A stretch of 64,000 nucleotides of DNA, taken from contig OZ220700.1 in NCBI GenBank assembly GCA_965116725.1, positions 881,315 through 945,314 of the forward strand, in the 5' to 3' direction. A model generated the notes under the pieces. The model did not search any database and was not told the DNA's origin. It worked only from the letters and a program-made list of their open reading frames with translations. The DNA is from Thermodesulfobacteriota bacterium (GTDB taxonomy: Bacteria; Desulfobacterota_D; UBA1144; Nemesobacterales; Nemesobacteraceae). Position numbers and translations under genes: made by a program. This document shows, piece after piece, positions 1 to 9,228 of the stretch (position 1 is its first letter; each line of letters begins with the position of its first letter).

Positions 1-1329
1 GACAACATCAAAAATCCCGGGACTCTTCGTAGAACCGGTAAGCGCAACCCTGGTGGGCTGAGCTATTTTCCCGAGCCCGAGGCCCGTTCGCTGCATCACG
101 CGCTCGAAACCCCCATGAATATTATCATGGGAAAAATCCTCCACGTTGGAGAGTTCCTCCGCCAGAAGCGTGAAAACCTCACCGTTTCTCTCCACCAGAA
201 ACTTCTCCGCCGCCTTTTCGTCGTACTCGAAATCGTCGGTGAAAAAGTAAAGGGACTGATCCACTATTGCGTTAAGAGTCTCCGAGCGCTCCCGCATCTG
301 CGCGACTATTTTACAAAGCTGTTCGGAAGGCGGTTGGGGAAGTCCCTTTTGCGTGATAAGAGGAACTATTTTCTCTGATATGCTTTCCTCGGGCAGGTCC
401 CTCAAGTATTTTCCGTTAAGCCAGAGAAATTTCTGAGGGTCAAACACCGAGGGAGATTTTCCGATGCCTTTCAGGCTGAATTTTTCAATAAGCTCCTGCG
501 CTGTGAAGATCTCCTGGTCCCCGAAAGACCAACCCAGCCTCACAAGATAATTAAGCACCGCTTCTGGAAGATATCCGCGCAGTCGGTACTCCGTAACGGA
601 TTCCGCACCGTGGCGCTTTGAGAGTTTTTTCCCGTCCGCACCGAGTATCATCGGAACATGGGCAAGCTTCGGCTTTGAGAAGCCGAGCGCCTCGGCTATC
701 AGCATCTGTCTCGGGGCGTTTATTATGTGGTCATCGCCCCTTATGACGTGAGATATATCCATCTGCGCGTCATCAACCGCCGCGGCAAAGTTGTAGGTCG
801 GAAATCCGTCGGCTTTCAGTATCACGAAGTCCTCTATTTCAGAAGAGTCAAAAACTATCCCGCCGCGGACAAGGTCCTCAACGGAAATCTTTTCTCCGGG
901 GGGCACAGAGAGTCTTACGGCGTAGGGTTTTCCAGGAGCCGCGCCGAGTTGCGACCACTCTCTTCTGTACCTGAAGACCTCGCCTTTCTCCCTGGCCTCC
1001 TCCCTTCTCCTCCCGAGTTCCTCGGCAGTAACGTAACATCTGTACGCCTTGTCCTCGTCAATAAGCCGCTCGGCAAGCCGACCGTAAGTAGCGAGCCGCT
1101 CTGACTGACGGACAATTTCCCCCTGCCACTCAAGCCCGAGCCACTTAAGAGATTCGATAATCTGCCGTTCGAATTTCTCCTCGGAGCGCGCGCGGTCGGT
1201 ATCCTCGATTCTGAGCAGGAAATCTCCTCCGAGGCTCGCAGAAAAAAGCCAGTTGAAAATGGCGGTGCGGGCCGCTCCCACATGAAGAGCGCCGGTGGGG
1301 CTGGGAGCGAATCTTGTTACGATCTTCAC
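1..1329 (-). CDS. gltX: glutamate--tRNA ligase; N-terminal 443 codons, C-terminus runs off the left edge
   Basis: Absent from the ORF track because it has no stop in the window. My minus-strand translation from GTG at 1329 reads MKIVTRFAPSPTGALHVGAARTAIFNW (HIGH-type motif) and later GADGKKLSKRHG (KMSKS-type motif). The frame is open to position 1. Confidence 0.9.
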   Translation of the reverse strand, partial: MKIVTRFAPSPTGALHVGAARTAIFNWLFSASLGGDFLLRIEDTDRARSEEKFERQIIESLKWLGLEWQGEIVRQSERLATYGRLAERLIDEDKAYRCYVTAEELGRRREEAREKGEVFRYRREWSQLGAAPGKPYAVRLSVPPGEKISVEDLVRGGIVFDSSEIEDFVILKADGFPTYNFAAAVDDAQMDISHVIRGDDHIINAPRQMLIAEALGFSKPKLAHVPMILGADGKKLSKRHGAESVTEYRLRGYLPEAVLNYLVRLGWSFGDQEIFTAQELIEKFSLKGIGKSPSVFDPQKFLWLNGKYLRDLPEESISEKIVPLITQKGLPQPPSEQLCKIVAQMRERSETLNAIVDQSLYFFTDDFEYDEKAAEKFLVERNGEVFTLLAEELSNVEDFSHDNIHGGFERVMQRTGLGLGKIAQPTRVALTGSTKSPGIFDVV

Positions 1330-1418
1330 GGATACTATTTTACACGCCGAAGCGGTAAAAAAAGAAATGCCGGCTAAGGACTTGGGGGTCCTTGCCAGTG
1401 GATTGTATAATAACTGCC

Positions 1419-2369
1419 ATGAGAATATGTTCGCTTCTTCCCAGCTCAACTGAGATAGTATTTGCCCTCGGACTTGAGGAGGACCTGGTCGCAGTAACCC
1501 ACGAATGCGATTATCCGCCCCAAGCACGCAGCAAGCCCGTGGTCGTAAACAGCATCCTCAAAGAAAAGGGAAAGCTCTCAAGCGCGCACATAGACGAATT
1601 TGTAAGCAGAAGCCGCTTGGAGGGAAAAAGCGTCTATCTGATCGATTCAGAGCGCCTTAGAGAGATAAAGCCGGACCTTATCATAACCCAGGGACTTTGC
1701 GATGTCTGCGCCGTATCCGAAAACGAGGTAACGGAAGTCTGCGAGATTCTTGAGAACAGCCCCGAAATACTGTCTCTCGAGCCCTCCACCATCGGGGAAA
1801 TAATGGATTCCATACTGCTTCTGGGAGAAGTCACCGGAACCAGGGAAAAGGCCTCACAGATCGTGGATGGTCTTCGCAAAAGAATCGAGAGCGTCGAGAA
1901 AAAGCTCTCGGGAGAGAGGTACCAGCCGGGGGTTTTCTGCCTTGAGTGGCTTGACCCTCCTTACGCCGCCGGGCACTGGGTGCCGGAGATGGTAAAGACG
2001 GCGGGAGGAGAACCGCTAATCTCAAGGGCGGGAGAACCTTCGTTTAAAACAACCTGGGACGATATACTCGAGTCATCGCCTGACTACCTGATGCTGATGC
2101 CCTGCGGGTTTGACGTAGAGAAAACGCTTGACGGGATAGAGGATGTGACAAGCGGGGTAAGGCAATGGCATGCGCTGCGGGCGGTAAAAAAAGGTCACTG
2201 CTACATAGTGGACGCTAACTCCTATTTCAGCAGACCGTCCCCCCGGATCGTCGACGGAATTGAACTGCTGGCAGGAATAATCCACTCCGACATATTCACG
2301 CAACAGCCGAGGGCCGACTCGGTTCTAAACGTGAAAAATCATTTCTATCTGCAGACTTTTCTCGGTTAA
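1419..2369 (+). CDS. periplasmic-binding-protein-fold protein (BtuF/FhuD-like, ABC type); no signal peptide evident
   Basis: Track ORF 1392..2369. MRICSLLPSSTEIVFALGLEEDLVAVTHECDYP and DLIITQGLCDVC resemble cobalamin/siderophore-type binding proteins. The ATG at 1419 is preferred over the TTG at 1392. Confidence 0.6.
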   Translation: MRICSLLPSSTEIVFALGLEEDLVAVTHECDYPPQARSKPVVVNSILKEKGKLSSAHIDEFVSRSRLEGKSVYLIDSERLREIKPDLIITQGLCDVCAVSENEVTEVCEILENSPEILSLEPSTIGEIMDSILLLGEVTGTREKASQIVDGLRKRIESVEKKLSGERYQPGVFCLEWLDPPYAAGHWVPEMVKTAGGEPLISRAGEPSFKTTWDDILESSPDYLMLMPCGFDVEKTLDGIEDVTSGVRQWHALRAVKKGHCYIVDANSYFSRPSPRIVDGIELLAGIIHSDIFTQQPRADSVLNVKNHFYLQTFLG

Positions 2370-2575
2370 GACTTCGGAGCCTGAAAAGGATCCGCTTCTC
2401 CTGAGGCAACATCGGAATCTGAAGGAACTTCAGCGCTTGTGGGTGCTACCGCGGATTGGAAAGGATCTACGTCTCCTCCTCCATTTGACATAAGAAACAC
2501 TCCTATGATTAAAAATACTGAACTACTGGGGAGTGCAACCCACCCACATATATTCACGCAATGACCGAAGGCCAA
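2366..2575 (-). CDS. small single-pass membrane protein with DPFQ repeats (paralogue 1; N-terminus uncertain)
   Basis: The 69-aa track ORF has a hydrophobic stretch SSVFLIIGVFLM, a GGG run, then DVDPFQSA...EADPFQAPKS. Its N-terminal part is antisense to the duplicated relic. Confidence 0.35.
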   Translation of the reverse strand: MAFGHCVNICGWVALPSSSVFLIIGVFLMSNGGGDVDPFQSAVAPTSAEVPSDSDVASGEADPFQAPKS

Positions 2576-2623
2576 CTCGGTTCTAAGCGTGAAAAATCAT
2601 TTCCACCTGCAGACTTTTCTCGG

Positions 2624-2872
2624 TTATTGCGGGGCCTGAAAGGGATCCGCTTCTCCTGAGGGAGCTGCGGGAGCTGCAGCGCTCGCCTCCTGAGGCGCCC
2701 CCTGTGCGGACTGAAAAGGATCCGCATCGCTCTGGGGCTCTTGGGGTTCAGGCGGAGCGGGTGGTTCGGCAGCCTGCTGCCCACCTCCTCCTCCTTCGTT
2801 TAACATAAGGACTATCCCTATGATAAGAATTACGATAGCTAACAGCACTAACTCATTGCCTTGTATTGTCAT
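2624..2872 (-). CDS. small single-pass membrane protein with DPFQ repeats (paralogue 2)
   Basis: The 82-aa ORF has the helix LVLLAIVILIIGIVLML, GGGGG, a Pro/Ala/Glu-rich tail and DADPFQSA...EADPFQAPQ. AGGAGG lies about 12 nt upstream of the ATG. Confidence 0.5.
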   Translation of the reverse strand: MTIQGNELVLLAIVILIIGIVLMLNEGGGGGQQAAEPPAPPEPQEPQSDADPFQSAQGAPQEASAAAPAAPSGEADPFQAPQ

Positions 2873-2981
2873 GAGACTATCTATCCTCCTGATACTCTTT
2901 ATACTACTATGCCAGGCCCGCTAATCTAAAGCCCGCAAAAACCTTAAACCTACTTTTAATGATACTGATTCATGAAACGAT

Positions 2982-3440
2982 ATGTCAAGCATCTTTTCGA
3001 CGCCTCAAACAACATATGACACGCTTGAGCAGGATGTTGAACTGCAGATAGCGCTCTCCCAAATCCTCTACGGCTGCGTACCGCACGCAACGGAAGAGGA
3101 ATGTTTGATGATTTTCAAGGAAAGCCCGGAAAAAATCGCCACGCTTGCTGATATCCGGAAAATATCAACTCGGTTTTTCGCGGTCGAAAAAGAGGAATTT
3201 CCCTCGGTCGCCATGGAGATAAGAATAACGACGGGCAAAAATCTCAGGCTGAAGTACGAGTACTTTTTCCTCACCGAGTCTTCGGAGGAGACCTTTTTCC
3301 TCTCCACCTTGGCGAGACTCGGGGTGTTCTCCCTTATTTTTCTCTGCGATGATACGCACTGCGCGATTACGGCGGAGATGACCGAGACGGAGATAGAGCC
3401 GCTTAAAAAGATCGTTACCTCACACATACAGTCTGGTTGA
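2982..3440 (+). CDS. hypothetical protein
   Basis: 152-aa ORF filling an otherwise empty interval. I do not recognise a family. Confidence 0.45.
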   Translation: MSSIFSTPQTTYDTLEQDVELQIALSQILYGCVPHATEEECLMIFKESPEKIATLADIRKISTRFFAVEKEEFPSVAMEIRITTGKNLRLKYEYFFLTESSEETFFLSTLARLGVFSLIFLCDDTHCAITAEMTETEIEPLKKIVTSHIQSG

Positions 3441-3496
3441 CAAAATTAGGGCTTTAAACTATTATTGCGCTTACCGCTTCGGAGAGAACTTCCAAG

Positions 3497-4474
3497 TTGA
3501 AATACGCAAAGATCATAGGAACCGGTTCTTCGGTTCCCGAAACCGTACTTTCCAATTCAGACCTGGAAAAGATGGTCGATACTTCCGACGAATGGATTAC
3601 ATCCAGAACCGGGATAAAGGAACGCAGAATCGCGGATGAAAACACCGCCGCCTCCGATGTCGCCTATGGAGCCGCTGAAAAAGCACTGAGGGCCGCCGGC
3701 GTAAGCCCGCAGCAGCTCGATGTGATCATAGTCGGAACCATAACCCCGGATTTCATCTTCCCCTCAACCGGCTGCATTCTCCAGAGCCGCCTCGGGGCGA
3801 AGAAGGCCTACGCCTTCGATCTTATGGCCGGCTGCTCGGGATTTCTCTATACGCTTCACGTTGCAGAGGGAATAATAAAATCGGGCGGCGCGAAGAAAAT
3901 TCTCGCCATAGGCGTGGACGTTCTCTCGAAAGTCACTGACTTCGAGGACCGCTCAACCTGCATACTTTTCGGTGACGGGGCGGGCGCAGCGGTTCTCACC
4001 GCTTCTGACGAACCTGGAATTCTCTCATCCGTTCTCAGTTCGGACGGAAATGACTGGGACCTTCTCTACGTCCCGGCGGGAGGATCGAGAACTCCGATTG
4101 ACGAGGAAGTGCTTAAGACCAGAGAGCAGTACATAAAGATGAAGGGGAACGATGTTTTCAAAGTCGCGGTCAAGAGCATGGAGTCGGTAACCGTAGACGC
4201 CATCGCCAAGGCAGACATCTCTCCCAAGGACATCGATCTCTTCGTCCCGCACCAGGCAAACTACAGAATTTTGGAAGCCGTGAGGAAAAGGCTTGATTTC
4301 CCGGAGGAAAAAGTGTTCGCGAACCTCGACAAATACGGAAACACCTCAGGGGCATCCATTCCGCTGGCCCTTGACGAGGCGGTTCGCCAGGGAAGCGTAG
4401 GAGAAGGAAGCCTTGTGCTGTTCGCGGCTTTCGGAGCCGGTTTTACCTGGGGCGCTTCGGTGATAAAATTCTGA
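3497..4474 (+). CDS. fabH: beta-ketoacyl-ACP synthase III
   Basis: MKYAKIIGTGSSVPETVLSNSDLEKMVDTSDEWITSRTGIKERRIA, active-site context MAGCSGFLY, VPHQANYRI and GNTSGASIPLAL are classic FabH features. Confidence 0.92.
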   Translation: MKYAKIIGTGSSVPETVLSNSDLEKMVDTSDEWITSRTGIKERRIADENTAASDVAYGAAEKALRAAGVSPQQLDVIIVGTITPDFIFPSTGCILQSRLGAKKAYAFDLMAGCSGFLYTLHVAEGIIKSGGAKKILAIGVDVLSKVTDFEDRSTCILFGDGAGAAVLTASDEPGILSSVLSSDGNDWDLLYVPAGGSRTPIDEEVLKTREQYIKMKGNDVFKVAVKSMESVTVDAIAKADISPKDIDLFVPHQANYRILEAVRKRLDFPEEKVFANLDKYGNTSGASIPLALDEAVRQGSVGEGSLVLFAAFGAGFTWGASVIKF

Positions 4475-4488
4475 TCACCTTCCATGGC

Positions 4489-4516
4489 GCCGCATCAGGC
4501 TTATCAAGGATGCGGC
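4489..4516 (+). terminator. possible intrinsic terminator after fabH
   Basis: GCCGCATC (4489-4496) pairs with GATGCGGC (4509-4516) across a 12-nt loop, followed by ttgctttcttcg (only moderately T-rich). Confidence 0.35.
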
Positions 4517-4544
4517 TTGCTTTCTTCGCAGCAAAACGCAAAAC

Positions 4545-5438
4545 ATGACTCTTTCCTCAATCCCAGAGCTTGCAAACATCGTCCTGCCGGCGTTTCTTGT
4601 AATCGCCGCGGGCTTTCTCTTCAGCAGGACGAAAAAAATAGACATATCCTCAATCAACGATCTTGTGGTCTACGTGACCACGCCGTGTCTAATAATCTCG
4701 TCTCTCTCGGATTTCACGATGGACCCGTCTGTGACGGCGAAGCTGTTTCTCTCGATATCGGCGGTCATTTTCTCTACCATAATAATCGGCGGGGCACTTA
4801 CAAAAGCGCTTCGGGTTGACTCGAGGGTATATCTGCCTCCCGTGGTTTTCGCGAACACGGGAAACCTGGGACTTCCCCTTTGCCTTTTCGCGTTCGGACA
4901 GTATGGGTTCAACATCGCGATACTCTGTGTCGTTTCGACCATGCTGCTTCACTACACGGTGGGAATTATGATTCTCGGGTCCGGAAAGAATCATCTGCGC
5001 GAGATATTCAGGCTTCCCCTTATATACGCCACCGTAGCCGGAATAATCATAAACTCGGTCGGCTTTCAGATCCCGGTAGTTATCGAGAGGCCCGTAGCCC
5101 TCCTCGGGGATATCACCATACCCGCGATGCTCTTCTCGCTCGGGTACAAACTCTCCGAAATGAAGATCTCCAGACTTTGGCTTTCCTTTTTCTTCGGCTC
5201 CGCCAGAATATTTCTCGGCGTAATTCTCGGAGCGCTGTTCGTAAACGCATTCGGCCTGAAGGGAGTGGAGGCAAAAGTGGTCATCTTGGAGTGCGCAATG
5301 CCTCCCGCGGTTTTTAACTTCGTGCTCGCGGAGAAATACGGCAGGGACTCCGAGACGGTCGCATCAATAATAGTGGCCGGAACGGCAGTTTCCCTTCTGG
5401 TTCTTCCGTTCGTTATTTCGTATCTGGTAAATCAGTGA
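4545..5438 (+). CDS. AEC (auxin efflux carrier) family membrane transporter
   Basis: 297 aa and polytopic. The N-terminus IVLPAFLVIAAGFLFSR and overall layout are typical of the membrane-transport family PF03547. Confidence 0.75.
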   Translation: MTLSSIPELANIVLPAFLVIAAGFLFSRTKKIDISSINDLVVYVTTPCLIISSLSDFTMDPSVTAKLFLSISAVIFSTIIIGGALTKALRVDSRVYLPPVVFANTGNLGLPLCLFAFGQYGFNIAILCVVSTMLLHYTVGIMILGSGKNHLREIFRLPLIYATVAGIIINSVGFQIPVVIERPVALLGDITIPAMLFSLGYKLSEMKISRLWLSFFFGSARIFLGVILGALFVNAFGLKGVEAKVVILECAMPPAVFNFVLAEKYGRDSETVASIIVAGTAVSLLVLPFVISYLVNQ

Positions 5439-5442
5439 GAGG

Positions 5443-5685
5443 TCAGCGGGTTATGTCTCTGAGGGTAAGACCTTCGTCCCTAAGGTAAGGCATAAGGCCT
5501 TTTTTGGTGATCGTTCTCAGCGCACGGGCAGAAATCCTTATTCTCACGTACCTGTCTAGCTCGGGAACGTAGATTCTCTTCCAGTGCAGGTTCGGATTCT
5601 GGCGTCTTTTAACGTGGTTGTTCGCGTGGGAGACGTTGTTTCCGAAAAGGGGCTTTTTTCCTGTTATAGCGCAGCGACGTGCCAT
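5443..5685 (-). CDS. rpmB: 50S ribosomal protein L28
   Basis: MARRCAITGKKPLFGNNVSHANNHVKRRQNPNLHWKRIYVPE. Confidence 0.95.
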   Translation of the reverse strand: MARRCAITGKKPLFGNNVSHANNHVKRRQNPNLHWKRIYVPELDRYVRIRISARALRTITKKGLMPYLRDEGLTLRDITR

Positions 5686-5700
5686 GGGTATATCCTCTGA

Positions 5701-5862
5701 CTACTTGGTCTCCTTAAAGACGACGTGCTTTCTTATCACCGGGTCGTACTTTTTCAGTTCAAGCCGGTCCGGAGTATTCATCTTGTTTTTCTTCGTGTAG
5801 TAGATGTAAGGACTCTCGGTGCTTTTCATCTTGACAAGTACTCTGTTTAACGACTTTCCCAT
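5701..5862 (-). CDS. rpmG: 50S ribosomal protein L33
   Basis: Below the ORF-track size cut-off. My translation is [53 protein letters not shown], with a TAG stop. It lies directly upstream of rpmB on the same strand. Confidence 0.9.
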   Translation of the reverse strand: MGKSLNRVLVKMKSTESPYIYYTKKNKMNTPDRLELKKYDPVIRKHVVFKETK

Positions 5863-5942
5863 TGCAACCCCCGAAAAAGTGAATGGTTATTATCCACGAA
5901 AAAAAACTGTTTTCAAGAAAAAATTTTAAATTTCTTTGGGAA

Positions 5943-6329
5943 TCAGTGATCGCAGCAGTATTTCCTGCAAAGCCTGAAATTGCGCAGGTGGCCGGAAATC
6001 ATGATAAAAGCGCCGATAAGAGTAAGAATCGATTCTACGTAGCCCGTAGCGGCGAAAGCTCCGACTAGAAGAAAATAGAGTCCCGCGCCCCCCAGCATGA
6101 TCACGCTGAAATCCTTATGGCGTCTGCAGCCAAGAAACATGGCGATTACGCTTGCTGGAATGACCAGAAAAAGCATCAACTCGTGGAAAATCTCTTCAAA
6201 CACGAATGTCGAACCCACGACCGGGAACAGTATGAGCGCTACCGGCGTAAAAAAACAGTGGATGGCGCAGACACCCGCAAGGGATATCGAGGTATAATCG
6301 GTGAGCCTCTGAATTTTTACCTGGTTCAT
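5943..6329 (-). CDS. MerC-domain-like small membrane protein
   Basis: 128 aa, about 4 TM segments, GVCAIHCFFTPV near the N-terminus and a Cys-rich C-terminus (CRKYCCDH). It is co-directional with, and 8 nt downstream of, the Fur-family gene. Confidence 0.55.
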   Translation of the reverse strand: MNQVKIQRLTDYTSISLAGVCAIHCFFTPVALILFPVVGSTFVFEEIFHELMLFLVIPASVIAMFLGCRRHKDFSVIMLGGAGLYFLLVGAFAATGYVESILTLIGAFIMISGHLRNFRLCRKYCCDH

Positions 6330-6336
6330 TGTATTG

Positions 6337-6783
6337 TTAAGCCGCCTCCGCGCACTTTACGCACTGGCCGAAAAGCTGTATAAAATGATCCTTCACTCTG
6401 AATCCCTGCTTTTCAACCGAAGCGTAATCAAAGCTCTCCGCCGGACACTCGGAGAAATCGAAAACCCCCCTGCAGTCAACGCACACCATATAATGAACGT
6501 GCTCGCTTTGGGAGAACGCGTAGCCGTGACCGCCGTCGGGGAAATGAAGGCGCTTCACGATGCCCAAGTTCTCGAACATCTCAAGGGTTCTGTAGATGGT
6601 GGCAAGCCCCGTGTTACCCAGCATATCCTTCACCCCGTCGTGTATTTCGCCGACTGAAAGCGATTTCCCGCTCGTGTGAAGAACATGAACGACGGCGAGG
6701 CGCTGCGCTGTGGACTTGAGTCCCTTTTCCCGCAGAACTTCTCTGGCATACGATTCCTGAGTGCATTCAAAATCTTTCATCAT
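6337..6783 (-). CDS. Fur-family metalloregulator (Fur/Zur/PerR type not resolved)
   Basis: GLKSTAQRLAVVHVL...LSVGEIHD...ATIYRTLEMFENLGIVKRL, then HVHYMVCVDCRG...GQCVKC (winged helix plus CxxC pairs). Confidence 0.85.
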   Translation of the reverse strand: MMKDFECTQESYAREVLREKGLKSTAQRLAVVHVLHTSGKSLSVGEIHDGVKDMLGNTGLATIYRTLEMFENLGIVKRLHFPDGGHGYAFSQSEHVHYMVCVDCRGVFDFSECPAESFDYASVEKQGFRVKDHFIQLFGQCVKCAEAA

Positions 6784-6797
6784 GAGAATTATTAAAT

Positions 6798-6816
6798 GAG
6801 AATGATTTTCAATTAG
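6798..6816. promoter_or_regulatory. Fur-box-like sequence upstream of the Fur-family gene
   Basis: gagaatgattttcaattag matches about 12 of 19 positions of GATAATGATAATCATTATC. It lies 15-33 nt upstream of the start at 6783. A nearby direct repeat atgagaat occurs twice (6782-6805). Confidence 0.3.
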
Positions 6817-7067
6817 CTCTTATTCTAAATCGCTTATTACGAACCGTCAAGGGCAAAAACCTAAATTAAAAAGACGCAACCGCGGAAAACAAGGAGCCTA
6901 TTTGCGAGGTGATTACATACCGGAAAATCCATGTGAATAAGGGTCCCCGGCGTTTGTTCCCATAAGTATTCAGGGTTATACTCTCATCGGAATAAAGATG
7001 GATTCGGGTTTCCGTTTCCAGAAAAGTGACTTCAATTTGACATGCGCGGGAGGCAGTTAAGTTCATC

Positions 7068-8378
7068 ATGAGAATTCTGAGAGGAGCACTTTCGATTGCG
7101 TTTCTTGTCCTTGCCTGCCTTTTTCTGTCCCTGGGATGTGACGACGGAACCGACGAGCAAGTCGACGCTGGATGCGAAGATGCCTTCTGCATAGGAACGC
7201 TTTTCCGGACAAGCGATTCTCCTTCCTCGGTAATAAAGGCCGCGGAACTCGCAAGGGATGACATTAACGAAGCCGGTGGAAACATAAAGCTTATCGCCGG
7301 AGACGGTGCCACTCCTCTTGCCTCGGCCATGGAACTTCTGGAAATGGGCGTGAAGGCGATAATCGGACCTGGAACTTCACAAAGTTCCGTTGAAATTTTT
7401 GATTTCCTAGTTGAGAACGGCCTAGTCGCGGTTTCACCCTCCGCAACTTCCGTTACCCTGACCGAAAAAAACAGGGAAATTTCCCAAGCCGGGAAAGCGC
7501 ACTTTTTCTTCAGAACCGTTCCGACGGATTCGTTCCAAGCGAAAATTCTGGCAACCGAAGTCCGAAACGGGGACGAAGTGCTGATAGTGCATCGAAACGA
7601 CAATTACGGAGTGAAGCTCACGGAACTGATCAACAGGGAATTCCTTTCCCGAAACCGTCCCGTCGCCAAGGTCGTCCGGTACGAGCGATACTATTCTGAC
7701 GACCCAATGTTCGAGGAGAAAACCCAGGCCGTGCTTGACGATATCGAGGCGGTAGGCGGGATCGGCAACATAGGTTCCATAGTGCTAATCCTGTCGATAG
7801 ACGAAGGAGGGAAAATAATAAAGGGCATGCTTGACTCCACGGTCGTTTCGTCCGTCGCGAGATACTACATCTCCGACTCATTCGCAGTTGAAAACCTGTA
7901 TGAACGCGTGGACCCGGACAACCCGGCCGCGGTTGAGGGCTTCAAAAGCACGACTCCGTGCTCCCTGCCGGATCCTTCCGAGAGAAAAGACGAGTTTGAA
8001 AAACGATTTGACCGAGAGATGTTCCCTTCCCTTCGATTCGCCGTCCATGCCTATGACGCAGTGGTAGCAGTAGCACTCGCGGCCTTGAGCGCCGGAAGCA
8101 ACAACTCTTCCGAATACGTCTCCGAAATGGCAGAGGTTACCGCAGGGGAAAACCGTTGTTTAACCTATGCCGAATGTGCGGCGGCTCTCACGGATGAGAC
8201 CGCAGCCAACGACGACATCAATTACGAGGGAGTCTCAGGACCTATCGAGTTTGATGAAAACGGGGACATAGGAGCGGGGTGCTACTCCGTCTACACGTAC
8301 GACGCCGAGGGGGGCCGCACTAGACAGGTTTTCAGCGTTCCGGATTTAGAAGAGATAACAACTGATAGGATCCCGTGA
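7068..8378 (+). CDS. ABC-transporter substrate-binding lipoprotein (type-I periplasmic binding fold, LivK-like); orphan, no permease adjacent
   Basis: The signal peptide has the lipobox FLSLGC. AIIGPGTSQSSVEIFDFLVENGLVAVSPSATS is typical of Leu/Ile/Val-type binding proteins. Confidence 0.7.
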   Translation: MRILRGALSIAFLVLACLFLSLGCDDGTDEQVDAGCEDAFCIGTLFRTSDSPSSVIKAAELARDDINEAGGNIKLIAGDGATPLASAMELLEMGVKAIIGPGTSQSSVEIFDFLVENGLVAVSPSATSVTLTEKNREISQAGKAHFFFRTVPTDSFQAKILATEVRNGDEVLIVHRNDNYGVKLTELINREFLSRNRPVAKVVRYERYYSDDPMFEEKTQAVLDDIEAVGGIGNIGSIVLILSIDEGGKIIKGMLDSTVVSSVARYYISDSFAVENLYERVDPDNPAAVEGFKSTTPCSLPDPSERKDEFEKRFDREMFPSLRFAVHAYDAVVAVALAALSAGSNNSSEYVSEMAEVTAGENRCLTYAECAAALTDETAANDDINYEGVSGPIEFDENGDIGAGCYSVYTYDAEGGRTRQVFSVPDLEEITTDRIP

Positions 8379-8425
8379 ATTTCGGGTACCGCTGAAAGCT
8401 GTTTTTCAAGACCGTTCCCCTGCAA

Positions 8426-9187
8426 TCACTTGGCTATAATGCCGCCGTCGATTGAAAGCATTGAGCCCGTGTTGAACATGACCTTATCATCGCAGAGAAA
8501 CAGAACCGCTTCAGCTATTTCGTACGGGTCGGCCAGCCGTCCCATGGGGTGAAGCGACTCCATAAAAGCTTGGGCCGCTTCGGCATCTTCGGCTCTCTCA
8601 AGATAGGAATCGAACATCGGTGTCCAGACCCCTCCAGGACAGACAGCATTTATTCTGAGTCCCTTGTCCGCGTACTCAAGGGCCATGCTTCTTGTGAGCT
8701 GAACAAGGGCCCCCTTGGATGCCGAATAGGCCGAAAGTCCCGCAAAACCCTTTAACCCGATAACAGAAGAGTTGTTGACGATAAAACCTCTGCCCGCGGA
8801 AAGCATATGAGGAATGGCATATTTGCACATCATGAACGCTCCCTTCACGTTTATATCGAAGATCTCCTGGAACCTTGAGGTCTCGACTTCGTGAAGGGGG
8901 CCGGAAAAAATGATACCGGCGTTGTTAAAAAGAATGTCGATCTTTCCGTGCTCGTGAAGAGCGGTCTCCACGGTGGCCGCGCAGTCGCTCTCGACTGAAA
9001 CGTCACAGACTTTGTACTCTATAGAAAGTCCTTCTTCCTCTGCCCTGCCGCATAGCTCTTTTAGCTTCTCTTCCCTTCTTCCGACAATCAGAACCCTGGC
9101 TCCGTTTCGCGCCAGCAAAAGTGCCGTCGCTTCACCGATTCCCGTTCCTCCACCGGTAATGATCGCCGAGCGTCCTTTAAATCTCAT
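8426..9187 (-). CDS. short-chain dehydrogenase/reductase (SDR)
   Basis: AIITGGGTGIGEATA (TGxxxGxG), NNAG and YSASKGAL (YxxxK) motifs. Confidence 0.88.
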   Translation of the reverse strand: MRFKGRSAIITGGGTGIGEATALLLARNGARVLIVGRREEKLKELCGRAEEEGLSIEYKVCDVSVESDCAATVETALHEHGKIDILFNNAGIIFSGPLHEVETSRFQEIFDINVKGAFMMCKYAIPHMLSAGRGFIVNNSSVIGLKGFAGLSAYSASKGALVQLTRSMALEYADKGLRINAVCPGGVWTPMFDSYLERAEDAEAAQAFMESLHPMGRLADPYEIAEAVLFLCDDKVMFNTGSMLSIDGGIIAK

Positions 9188-9228
9188 AGAAGATTCCGTA
9201 AAAACATCCTTTGTAGCAGATCAGAAAC

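Larger units (their letters stand above)
2290..2880. repeat. tandem duplication: unit 1 about 2290-2536, unit 2 about 2537-2880
   Basis: catattcacgcaacagccgagggccgactcggttctaaacgtgaaaaatcatttctatctgcagacttttctcggtta (2290-) recurs as catatattcacgcaatgaccgaaggccaactcggttctaagcgtgaaaaatcatttccacctgcagacttttctcggtta (2537-). Similarity continues into ...cctgaaa(a/g)ggatccgcttctcctgagg. Confidence 0.8.

Noticed and set aside
5889-5897. A single near-consensus DnaA box, TTATCCACG, downstream of the MerC-like gene stop.
   Set aside because: It is an isolated single copy with one mismatch and no neighbouring boxes, so it is compatible with chance.
6866-7603. 245-aa minus-strand ORF in the track.
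   Set aside because: It lies antisense to the well-supported substrate-binding lipoprotein gene (7068..8378). The translation is Ser/Ala-rich and low-complexity, with no recognisable family.
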